Source: a virus (taxonomy: Duplodnaviria > Caudoviricetes). Taken from it: 64,000 bases of DNA. The position numbers and the translations under genes are program-made. The stretch spans positions 1-64,000 of the IMG/VR virus record IMGVR_UViG_3300044652_000032; one strand, written 5' to 3'. A model generated the notes under the pieces. That model did not search any database, was not told the origin of the DNA, and saw only the letters and a list, made by a program, of their open reading frames with translations. Of the stretch, positions 17,465 through 25,863 are shown piece after piece (within the stretch, counting starts at the first letter, position 1; every line of letters begins with the position of its first letter).

Positions 17465-17733
17465 CGGCTGTGCGGGACATGACGCTGGCGGAGTGCACGC
17501 TCTGGTGCGCGCGCAACATGGTCAGCATCCGCTTCGGCTACCAGACGGACGACTTCGTGCGCAACCGTATGCACCTAGCCTTGAGCGGCCAGATCGGTAC
17601 GACTAGCGTTAAGCGTGAGGTGGCCGACCGGCTCGACATCACTACGGAGGAGTTGACCGCCGTGCTCAACGAGTGCATACGCGAGTACCGCGCGACGGTC
17701 GGCGGTACGGAGGAGTTGGATGGCGCAGCGTAA
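17461..17733 (+). CDS. Hypothetical protein
   Basis: ATGA overlap. Confidence 0.5.
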   Translation: MTAVRDMTLAECTLWCARNMVSIRFGYQTDDFVRNRMHLALSGQIGTTSVKREVADRLDITTEELTAVLNECIREYRATVGGTEELDGAA

Positions 17734-18367
17734 ACCACGGCGTGACCCTTACGAGGTGCTCGGCGTCGGGCGGGACGCCACCGAGCAGGAGCTGAAGCGT
17801 GCGCGTCGGCGCAAGAGTCGCGAGCACCACCCCGACCTCGGTGGCAGCGAGGCGGAGCAGGCCGAGGTCAACGCCGCCTACGACCTGCTGACCAACCCCG
17901 CGCGCCGGATGCTCTACGACCAGACGGGTGTGGACAGCACGGACACCGTGGACGACGAGGCCTCCGCGCTGCTGGAGCAGGTCTTCACCGCCGGACTGAA
18001 CGCGAAGGCGCGCGACCTCCTTGAGTACACGCGCCAGCAACTCGACGCCCATGAGAGCAAGATCAAGGGCGAGCGCATGAAGGCCACGGATGCCCGGCGC
18101 GACCTCCTCGCCCGCAAGGATCGCTACGTCGTCAAGGGCGAGGCCGTCAACCTCATCCACCGGATTATAGACCGTCACGTGGCGGAGACGGATCGGGTGC
18201 TGAACATGATGGAGCGGCAGCTCCAGGTTGTCGCGGCGGCACGCGCCCTGCTCGACGAGTACGAATCCTTGGAGCCGAAGGCGCTACCGCCGTCGCTGGA
18301 GACTCTCTACGGCATGCGAGGTCGCTGGGAGCTATACCCTACGGGCACATCGTACGGATTTAAATAA
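17720..18367 (+). CDS. J-domain (DnaJ-like) protein
   Basis: DPYEVLGV...ELKRARRR..HHPD..GG...EVNAAYDLL..P.RR.LYD. Confidence 0.9.
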   Translation: MAQRKPRRDPYEVLGVGRDATEQELKRARRRKSREHHPDLGGSEAEQAEVNAAYDLLTNPARRMLYDQTGVDSTDTVDDEASALLEQVFTAGLNAKARDLLEYTRQQLDAHESKIKGERMKATDARRDLLARKDRYVVKGEAVNLIHRIIDRHVAETDRVLNMMERQLQVVAAARALLDEYESLEPKALPPSLETLYGMRGRWELYPTGTSYGFK

Positions 18368-18372
18368 GGCGT

Positions 18373-18885
18373 ATGTTGACGGCGGAGTATTTGAAGATTC
18401 TACTGGCGCTGGGCGGCGCGCAGGCGCTCGTCACGGCTGCCATCCTTTTACTGACCATTAACCTTCGGAGGAGAGTGAGAGACATGAGCCAGAACCTTGA
18501 CAAAGAGACGCAGCAGGTGGGCGCGCTGGGTGCGGAAGTCCACCAGATCAAGCAGGCCGTGGACACGCGCGTGGCCAACCTGCAGGCAGCGCTGGACGCC
18601 GCCAACGCCGAGATTCAGACGTTGAAGAGCCAGAACCCGTCGGTGGACACCTCGGCGCTGGACGCGGCGCTGAGCGCCGCGCAGCAGGAGGTGGACGCCC
18701 TGCAGACGGACGTGAGCGGCAGCGGGCCTGCGCCGACGTCGCCGACCACGGCAGGAACGTCCTCTGCAAGCGCTAGCACGTCCTCAGAGGCGTCGCAGGG
18801 GTCGGGCGCGGCCAGCGGCACGCCCGGAGCGATCGAGAGCGAGCAGCCCGGCGCAGGCGGCACGAGCGGCGGCGGTCAGCAGTAG
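18373..18885 (+). CDS. Coiled-coil protein with low-complexity tail (possible second start 18484)
   Basis: TM helix, heptads, S/G/A-rich C-terminus. Confidence 0.6.
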   Translation: MLTAEYLKILLALGGAQALVTAAILLLTINLRRRVRDMSQNLDKETQQVGALGAEVHQIKQAVDTRVANLQAALDAANAEIQTLKSQNPSVDTSALDAALSAAQQEVDALQTDVSGSGPAPTSPTTAGTSSASASTSSEASQGSGAASGTPGAIESEQPGAGGTSGGGQQ

Positions 18886-18898
18886 CCCCGTCCGGTCG

Positions 18899-19137
18899 GG
18901 CTGACCGTCAGCCGAGAGACGACGTGGTGTACGGCAGACACGATCAATCGTTGACATCACGACGACCAGAGGGGCGGAGGCGTGGCAGCGCCGTTGATGT
19001 CCCTCTGCGAAGCTAGCACGCCGACGTACCCTTGCGGCTGAAAAGCGCCGAGTATAGACCGTAACGCTCTCGGCGGGTCGGAGGAGCGGGTGGAGACGGC
19101 GGGACTCCCGCCGTCGTCTCTCAACTTTTAACTTTTA
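18899..19137 (+). ncRNA. Candidate structured RNA / attenuator
   Basis: 11-bp long-range stem 18914-24/19112-22, several internal hairpins, competing terminator-like hairpin 19095-19115. Confidence 0.45.
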
Positions 19138-19151
19138 ACCGGAGGAGCGTC

Positions 19152-19403
19152 ATGGCTAAGGAAACGATCCAGCTAACGTGGGACACGGACACATGGTCGA
19201 AGGGCGGAGGCGTTGTCGTTGTCGCCGATAACGGCGCGCTGGCTGTAATTCCATTTAGTCGAATGTACCTCGATCCTTTTATCACCATCACCGAGTCTAC
19301 GGAAGAGCAGGTGCGCGTCCTTGTGCCGAAGACGACGCATCACGTGCGCTTTCTGAACGAGACGGAATCGAGTGTCGAGGTGGTTATCAGCCCGAAGGCG
19401 TAA
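19152..19403 (+). CDS. Hypothetical protein
   Basis: GGAGGAG SD. Confidence 0.55.
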   Translation: MAKETIQLTWDTDTWSKGGGVVVVADNGALAVIPFSRMYLDPFITITESTEEQVRVLVPKTTHHVRFLNETESSVEVVISPKA

Positions 19404-19443
19404 TCGTCTCTCGACTTTTAACGCAATCACTCTCCCGCCATGA

Positions 19444-20874
19444 ATGGCCACACCGTTAACAGAAGCGGATGCGCTCAAACTCGAGCGCCAGCGCGTTGCC
19501 GGCGTAACGCAGCGCTACGGCGCACCCGCGCGCCCCGTCGCCGTCCACGCCCTCACGAAGCCTCGCCGCTCGTACACACCTTATGGCCGTGCCCGCGAAG
19601 TTTGGGAGTCCACGGAGCCGCGAATCGTCTATGCCGGGCCAGCCGACACCGGAAAGACAATGTGTCTGCTGCACCTATTAGACCAGCTGTGCTGGACGCA
19701 CAAGGGGCTGCGCGCGGCCATAGTCCGTAAGGTGCGCGCCGACATGCCCGGCACCGTCTTGCAGACGTGGGAGCGCAAGGTGCTGGGGATGCCGGACGGC
19801 GAGGCCGATGCTCCGGGAGGCGTGCACAAGCACGGCGGCGAATCGGCGGCCTTCTACCAGTACCCCACCAACAGCCGCGTGTGGATCGCCGGACTAGACC
19901 GCCCCGGCAAGGTGCTGTCGGGCGAGCTGGACGTCGTCGTGGTCAATCAGGCCGAGGAGTTGGACGTCGAGGACTGGGGCACGCTCACGACCAGAACGAG
20001 TGGCCGCGCCGGAGTGCTTAGGCCGGGACGTCTGCTCGCGGACGCCAATCCGGGGCCGAGCACGCACTGGATAAAGGAGCAGGAGCGCGAGGGCACGCTC
20101 CGCTTTGTTGAGAGCCGCCACCGCGACAACCCCGACCTCTACGACCAAGCAACAGGCCAGATGACCGAGGAGGGCCGCCGCAGGCTCGACGCGCTGGACA
20201 AGCTGCCCGGCGTGCTGCGCGACCGTCTGTACTTGGGATTGTGGAAGAGCGCGGAGGGCACGGTCTTCCAACCTTTCCACGTCGAGGACGCGCCCTACGC
20301 GCCCATCAACTACTTTATCGGCGGAGTTGATTGGGGATACTCCAACCCCGGATGCCTCGTCGTCTACGGCGTTGACGGCGACGATAGACTATATCGCTTC
20401 TGTCAGTGGTACGAGACGCACGTCGCGGTGGAGAGCCGCAACCCGGACGACGACACGTGGGTGCGGCGCGCGCAGGCGCTGCAGGAGCGGTACAACTGCG
20501 TATCGTGGCAGTGCGACCCCGCCCGTCCGGAGTTCATCGCGGCGTTCCAGAGCGCGGGACTGCCGGCAATAGGCGCGGACAACAATATACTGCAGGGCAT
20601 CCAGTACATCGAGGCGCGGCAGCGCAAGGCGGGCGACGGCCTGCCGCGCATCGTGCTGCTACGCGGCAGCCGTGGCCCCGTGGACGAGACGTTGAAGAAG
20701 GCGCACAAGCCCACCTGCCTTGAGGAAGAGGCGGAAGTTTACGTTTACCCCAAGGATCCGGCGTCCGGCAAGACCGTGAAGGAAAATCCGGTGGATGCCA
20801 ACAATCACGAGGCGGACGCCACGCGCTACATCGTCAATTCAATTGACGGGGCGTCGGGATTCTTCTTCGGCTAA
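19444..20874 (+). CDS. terL: Terminase large subunit
   Basis: Walker A AGPADTGKT, Walker B VNQAEE, ANPG, nuclease GGVDWGYSNP, NNHEADATRY. Confidence 0.92.
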   Translation: MATPLTEADALKLERQRVAGVTQRYGAPARPVAVHALTKPRRSYTPYGRAREVWESTEPRIVYAGPADTGKTMCLLHLLDQLCWTHKGLRAAIVRKVRADMPGTVLQTWERKVLGMPDGEADAPGGVHKHGGESAAFYQYPTNSRVWIAGLDRPGKVLSGELDVVVVNQAEELDVEDWGTLTTRTSGRAGVLRPGRLLADANPGPSTHWIKEQEREGTLRFVESRHRDNPDLYDQATGQMTEEGRRRLDALDKLPGVLRDRLYLGLWKSAEGTVFQPFHVEDAPYAPINYFIGGVDWGYSNPGCLVVYGVDGDDRLYRFCQWYETHVAVESRNPDDDTWVRRAQALQERYNCVSWQCDPARPEFIAAFQSAGLPAIGADNNILQGIQYIEARQRKAGDGLPRIVLLRGSRGPVDETLKKAHKPTCLEEEAEVYVYPKDPASGKTVKENPVDANNHEADATRYIVNSIDGASGFFFG

Positions 20875-20893
20875 GAAGGGAGGGAACGCGCTT

Positions 20894-21052
20894 ATGCCAT
20901 CATTATCGCTTATAATCGCCGTCGTCGCGGGCCTGCTCTACCTCGTGCTGGCGCGCACGCGCCGCGAGTACGCACCTTCGCTGGCCGAGCTGAGTCGCAT
21001 CGTGTTCTTCGCGGCCATGTTTGTTTACCTACTGACGCTGGGGCACAAATGA
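20894..21052 (+). CDS. Small membrane protein
   Basis: Two TM helices. Confidence 0.5.
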   Translation: MPSLSLIIAVVAGLLYLVLARTRREYAPSLAELSRIVFFAAMFVYLLTLGHK

Positions 21053-21195
21053 GGGACGGACTGTACAGAGTCACGACCGCTTACCTCTGCGCCGGATTCG
21101 TCGTTGAAGACGGACGGGTTACGATGTGCGCTCCGATACTACGGAGTCGCCTGTCTTACTGGATGACCCTGGCGGAATGGATTTGTGAGTAGCGT

Positions 21196-21414
21196 ATGAG
21201 AAAGTTCTACGTCGTGTTTTGCGCCAACTTCGAACGGTGTGGATGTCACATCCCGTCGAGCATCGTTATCCACGAAACGGAAGGGCACCCGCCGCTTGAC
21301 ACCGAAGAGGGATTGGCACTTTGTCGCAAGGAGATACTCACCACCATGCAACAGGCCAACCCTAACACCGATGCGGCGGAGATAATCATTCTCAACTGGA
21401 AGGAGCTGCAGTGA
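21196..21414 (+). CDS. Hypothetical protein
   Basis: ends IILNWKEL, GTGA overlap. Confidence 0.5.
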   Translation: MRKFYVVFCANFERCGCHIPSSIVIHETEGHPPLDTEEGLALCRKEILTTMQQANPNTDAAEIIILNWKELQ

Positions 21415-22220
21415 CGCAGCGCATCATCACGCTCGGCACTAGCTACGACCTGCTGAAGAGCAGGATAGAGGGGCGTGTGCGTGAGTTGAAGAGTAAAGAT
21501 GAGGCGGGGCACTGGGTGACCATCGAGGGTGAGCACGTCTTCATCAAGGACGGGGTAATTGAAAAAGGGCCGTCCGCCTTGGTCGGCAAGGATCCCGCTC
21601 ATCTTCCGCCGCGTGAGGAGAAGCATGAGAGTATTGACGGCGTTAAGACGCAGGCGCACCCTCTTACCGGGGAGGAGCACAAGGCGCTGGACAGCTATAT
21701 GTGGGGTAACTGGGCGACGCTTAACGATTCTCTGCGTAGGGGACAGGAACTGAGCGGATCGCTCAAGGAGCAGCACGAAACGCTCAACCGCATGGCTAAC
21801 GACAGACTGGAAAAGGAGACCGTCCTCCACCGCGTGAGCGTCCACCCGCTCTCGGCCATAGAGGGGACATCAGGAAAGGGTATAAGCGGCAGCTATACCG
21901 GCCACGCGACGCTCAAGGGCTATAGCTCCACGTCGTTGGATAAAAGCGTCACCGACGATTTTACCAAGGAATCAGTAGGTGGATCGGGCAGGGACGCCGA
22001 GATACACTGGCAACTGACCGCGCCCGCCGGTACGCGCGGGATTTATGCGGACGGCAGGCTTCAGACTTCGGGGCGTAGCAACGATTTGAACCAGAAGGAG
22101 TTTATACTTCCGCACGGCACAGGCATTTCCATTCGTCAGATAGAACGGACGGGGCCGAAGACTTATACTATTCATGCGCACGTTATGAGTCAGGGCGGAA
22201 AGGCCATTCGCAATGACTAA
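21411..22220 (+). CDS. ADP-ribosyltransferase (VIP2/C3-like) with N-terminal signature peptide
   Basis: ALDSY...LNDSLR, VLHR, GYSSTS, PAGTRGIY, NQKEFILP.GT (R-S-E triad). Confidence 0.85.
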   Translation: MTQRIITLGTSYDLLKSRIEGRVRELKSKDEAGHWVTIEGEHVFIKDGVIEKGPSALVGKDPAHLPPREEKHESIDGVKTQAHPLTGEEHKALDSYMWGNWATLNDSLRRGQELSGSLKEQHETLNRMANDRLEKETVLHRVSVHPLSAIEGTSGKGISGSYTGHATLKGYSSTSLDKSVTDDFTKESVGGSGRDAEIHWQLTAPAGTRGIYADGRLQTSGRSNDLNQKEFILPHGTGISIRQIERTGPKTYTIHAHVMSQGGKAIRND

Positions 22221-23724
22221 CACGCACCATAGCCGCTTTATTTGGACGGAGAATCAGTTGCCAATCGGTGAACTTTTGTCTAAACACGCGAAAGAGAGGA
22301 AGTCCCTAAAGAAGTTCGGAGGCTACGACTACGCCTCGTCGCAGTTGAATATCGCCGATTCGGACGCCAACGTCGCGCGCCAAGTGCTCCAACTCGGACG
22401 ACAGATACCCGAGGATAAACTGGCCGACAAGGGCCGCGAGACCACGCCGCACGTCACGCTGCGCTACGGTCTGACGGACGACGACCCTACGCAGATGCGG
22501 CAACTTCTCGCAGGCCAGACGCCCGTGCGCATGCGGCTGGGCGACGTGGACGCCTTCACCTCCGACGAGACCGGAGCGCCCTACGACGTCGTGTACCTCA
22601 CGGTGCACAGCGACGACCTCGACCGACTGAACCGGACGGTGGCGGACAACCTGCCGAGCGTCGAGACGCACCCGTGGTACGCTCCGCACTGCACCTTGGC
22701 ATACGTGAAGCCGGGCACGGGTAAGGACGTTGCGGCGGGGCTGGACAACCCGCTGGAGGGCACTGAGCTGACGGCCACGCACGTGCTGCACAGCGACCGC
22801 GGGGGCAACCTGACGCGCATACCGCTGACCGACGGCCAGAGCCTGCGTCGTCTTATTGCCGATCGTCTTGCGGAGATAAAGGCTGACGCCGACTGCCACT
22901 GGGTTACGCTCGACAACGACGCGCACGTCTGTATAGGGGGTGATGGGACGGTGCACGCGGGGCCGAAGGAGTTGGAAGGACAGAAGTTTGGCGACAATGA
23001 TCGAGAGGGCGCTTCACGTGTGAGCCTATCGCCCTCCGAAGGGTATATTAAGACGCTGCGCGAAGATGCGCTCCAGCGCATCCGCGACGAGAAGGCAAAA
23101 GGCAAGTCGGATTTTGGCATCCGCGATATATATTTTGCGCTAGGCCACCGGGCCGACGACGCTACTATCTATGCGTTGGCCGAGCACATAGAGAAAGCGT
23201 CCTCTCGCGAGGCGATGTACGACGTTCTCGAGTCCGGTATGCGATGGAACAGAGACTTTAAGGACGCTGGGTTGGAGTGGGCTGCCGCACGTGCCTTGGG
23301 CGGTAACACGGACTTACCTAAGGGGATGAAGCCGCCTTCGCTGACGGACGATCAGAAGGCAGCCTTCCGTGCTCGCATGGAGTTCGTGCAGGAGCACACG
23401 CGGCAGGAGTACAACGGGGCGTCAACCGTGGATGTTTATCGCGGGGTGAAGGGCGCGCAGGGCAAGATCATAAATCAATCCGACGAGAACGAAATTGATC
23501 TCAAGGTGCGATCCCTCTCTAGCTGGACTCCCTACCGATCTTTGGCGCAGGGCTTCGCAGGCACGGGGTCAACGGGCGTGGTTCTCCGCGCCACGGTTCC
23601 GGTGCGGGACATTTTTTGGAATAACGATATTGTTCGCGGGATGCGGATGTTCAATTTTAGCGACGACGCTAAAGAGCTGGTGACGCTGACGTCCTCAGCC
23701 ACGCGTCGATCGAGGGTGATGTAA
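22213..23724 (+). CDS. 2H phosphoesterase (Acb1-like) fused to a C-terminal ART-like domain
   Basis: PHVTLRYG and PHCTLAY HxT motifs; C-terminal VYRG, LSSWT...A..FA, GVVL, KELV. Confidence 0.75.
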   Translation: MTNTHHSRFIWTENQLPIGELLSKHAKERKSLKKFGGYDYASSQLNIADSDANVARQVLQLGRQIPEDKLADKGRETTPHVTLRYGLTDDDPTQMRQLLAGQTPVRMRLGDVDAFTSDETGAPYDVVYLTVHSDDLDRLNRTVADNLPSVETHPWYAPHCTLAYVKPGTGKDVAAGLDNPLEGTELTATHVLHSDRGGNLTRIPLTDGQSLRRLIADRLAEIKADADCHWVTLDNDAHVCIGGDGTVHAGPKELEGQKFGDNDREGASRVSLSPSEGYIKTLREDALQRIRDEKAKGKSDFGIRDIYFALGHRADDATIYALAEHIEKASSREAMYDVLESGMRWNRDFKDAGLEWAAARALGGNTDLPKGMKPPSLTDDQKAAFRARMEFVQEHTRQEYNGASTVDVYRGVKGAQGKIINQSDENEIDLKVRSLSSWTPYRSLAQGFAGTGSTGVVLRATVPVRDIFWNNDIVRGMRMFNFSDDAKELVTLTSSATRRSRVM

Positions 23725-24656
23725 TGGTCAGAACTATAGTAATAGACGAGCAGCAGGATGACGAGTGGCAGAGACTATTTCAAGCCGAGAAAAAGCGCGC
23801 CACAAAGCATTGTGGCCATCCCGAACGTCACGTTGACGGCGACGCCACAAAGCCGTTGAAGCCCCGCTTCATCACCAAGGAGGACTTGCGTCGGGCCGTG
23901 GTGGAGAAGTACGGGCGCGATCTGACCGCGGACGAGGCCGAGGAAGAGTTGCGCCGCATAGCGCGCGAGCAGGAGGACACGATGACCAAGCGAGTTGACT
24001 TCCCTACGCTGAGGGAGAGGATCGTGAACCGGAGGGACGAGCTGAAGGGCAGCCCCGACCAGCCGAGGGATGACCACGGGAGGTGGACGAGCGGTGGCGA
24101 GGGCGACGCGCCACACGAACAGACTGCCAAGGAACTCGTCGGCAAGTTGGAGGGCGCGCGTCGTCAGTACAGCACCCCCGTCGGCGAAGGCTTCCGTGAG
24201 TCTTTCCATAATCAGGAGATTAACAGCAAGACCGCCGAGGCATTGGACAAGCACCTCACAGACGCGGGGTACAAGAAGACCGAGCACACTGGCGCGGAGG
24301 GGGAGAAATATACGACCTATGACAAGGGCGAGAAGGGCGCGACTATCGAGCACTACGGTCATTTTGGGGAAGGCTGGGAGGATACGCATATAGCTTCCTT
24401 GGAACATCTGCCTAAAGAGGAGAAGCCGCTGCCCAAGTTGTCCTCCTATCAGCTAGAGCGCTCGGCGGCAGGCATATCAATGTACGGCGGCATCCGTGAT
24501 TTGAACCCCTTGAGAATCCACACGGATAATGAGCTGTCTGATTTGCACAAACAACTTTCTAGCTGGAAGCCGCAGCGCGGTGATAAGCAGATGGACAAGA
24601 GAACAGCGCTAGGCTATATCGAGGATGAGCAGTATCGTAGGAAGCGGGGATCATAA
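23724..24656 (+). CDS. Cargo-type protein with PDQPRDDHGRW motif and unknown C-terminal domain
   Basis: TAATG coupling; KGSPDQPRDDHGRWTSGG at 24045-24098. Confidence 0.7.
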   Translation: MVRTIVIDEQQDDEWQRLFQAEKKRATKHCGHPERHVDGDATKPLKPRFITKEDLRRAVVEKYGRDLTADEAEEELRRIAREQEDTMTKRVDFPTLRERIVNRRDELKGSPDQPRDDHGRWTSGGEGDAPHEQTAKELVGKLEGARRQYSTPVGEGFRESFHNQEINSKTAEALDKHLTDAGYKKTEHTGAEGEKYTTYDKGEKGATIEHYGHFGEGWEDTHIASLEHLPKEEKPLPKLSSYQLERSAAGISMYGGIRDLNPLRIHTDNELSDLHKQLSSWKPQRGDKQMDKRTALGYIEDEQYRRKRGS

Positions 24657-24907
24657 TGAAACTGCCTAGTTGCAAAATCTATGACCTCGTCGTCCTGTCG
24701 GGCGTCTTCGCCTTGGTCTTTTGCACCGTGGCCGGACTGGTCATGGACTTCGTATTGACGTGGCGCGGGATGCAGATGTCGGAGACGATGTCGCGCGCCT
24801 CCGCCGCCGCGCTGGGCGCGCTCATCGTCATCGTTACCAACGCCAACCAGCGCCGCAACCACGACGTGCACGGGGAGACTGAGAAGAATGGCGACGCACA
24901 GGCCTAA
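24656..24907 (+). CDS. Small membrane protein
   Basis: Two TM helices, TAATG coupling. Confidence 0.55.
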   Translation: MKLPSCKIYDLVVLSGVFALVFCTVAGLVMDFVLTWRGMQMSETMSRASAAALGALIVIVTNANQRRNHDVHGETEKNGDAQA

Positions 24908-25103
24908 TGTCCCGCTCGAGCGTATGCCCTCGGCCACGGAGTACCGGCAGGTGCTGGACGCCGCCACAGAGGACTGCTACTGCACGGCTGCGATGCGCGC
25001 GGGTATAATCCAGACGGGCGACGAGATGTGCAAGCCGTGCGCCGCGCGCACGCTGGTCAACGGGATAGTGACGCTGGCTGCTAAGCTGCCGAGGATACAT
25101 TGA
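24888..25103 (+). CDS. Hypothetical Cys-rich protein
   Basis: CYC...CKPC. Confidence 0.45.
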   Translation: MATHRPNVPLERMPSATEYRQVLDAATEDCYCTAAMRAGIIQTGDEMCKPCAARTLVNGIVTLAAKLPRIH

Positions 25104-25159
25104 TGCGCTTCTTTGTTCAGCGGTTGCCGCGCTATTACCGTCATAGAGGTACATTACCA

Positions 25160-25435
25160 ATGAGTGAAGAAAGACTGCAAATAACCGATGCCATGTTGGA
25201 GGACATTGCCGTGCTACGTCCGGCTATCCACCGTGACCTTTGCCGCATGGCCGCACGCCGATTGGGCTATGACTTTTTAACCGGCGAGAGGCTGGAGCGC
25301 GTGATGGCGTCGAGCATGGCTATTATGGACTTTGGACTACCCTTTCCCTACGCCTTCGCCGAGGCTGTATCCGACGAGATGATATTGTACGGGGATCCGC
25401 GTGGTGGGACAGAACCCGTAGGCATAATGCGATGA
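25160..25435 (+). CDS. Hypothetical protein
   Basis: GAGGT SD, ATGA overlap. Confidence 0.45.
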   Translation: MSEERLQITDAMLEDIAVLRPAIHRDLCRMAARRLGYDFLTGERLERVMASSMAIMDFGLPFPYAFAEAVSDEMILYGDPRGGTEPVGIMR

Positions 25436-25863
25436 AAATCTCTCTAACAGAGACGCAGAACTTCGCGGAGTACACGGCGTCGTACTCGCCGCTGCCGCGC
25501 TGGCTCGGCTGGATTCCTTACCGCCGACGGGTGCGCGGCTTGTATTCCGCCGACGAGGAAACCGGCGAAATTCGCCGACAACGGTATAATCGGCGCGGCC
25601 AGCCCCTGTACGTCAGCGCGGACGGGGACAAAATAGCCCTTAACGATACACTGAAGGTGCTGCTTCTGGACGAGAGACTGGCGCAGCGCTTCGTGCAGGA
25701 GTTCAAGCCGATGCTCGTGACGGAGTACAAGCGCGATGTGAGGGTGGAGCACCGCAAGGCCGAACGCGTCGAGCAGCAAGCGATTCCTGCGGAGTTGCAG
25801 CAGCGGCTGGAGGGCGAGACCTACGTAATAACCAGCGGGATGTACGGCGGAACTAGCTTGTAA
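25432..25863 (+). CDS. Hypothetical protein
   Basis: Coupled to portal (TAATG). Confidence 0.5.
   Translation: MKISLTETQNFAEYTASYSPLPRWLGWIPYRRRVRGLYSADEETGEIRRQRYNRRGQPLYVSADGDKIALNDTLKVLLLDERLAQRFVQEFKPMLVTEYKRDVRVEHRKAERVEQQAIPAELQQRLEGETYVITSGMYGGTSL

Noticed and set aside
19030-19080. Hammerhead ribozyme (CTGAAAAG)
   Set aside because: Core deviates from CUGANGA and no correctly placed GAAA or cleavage triplet was found
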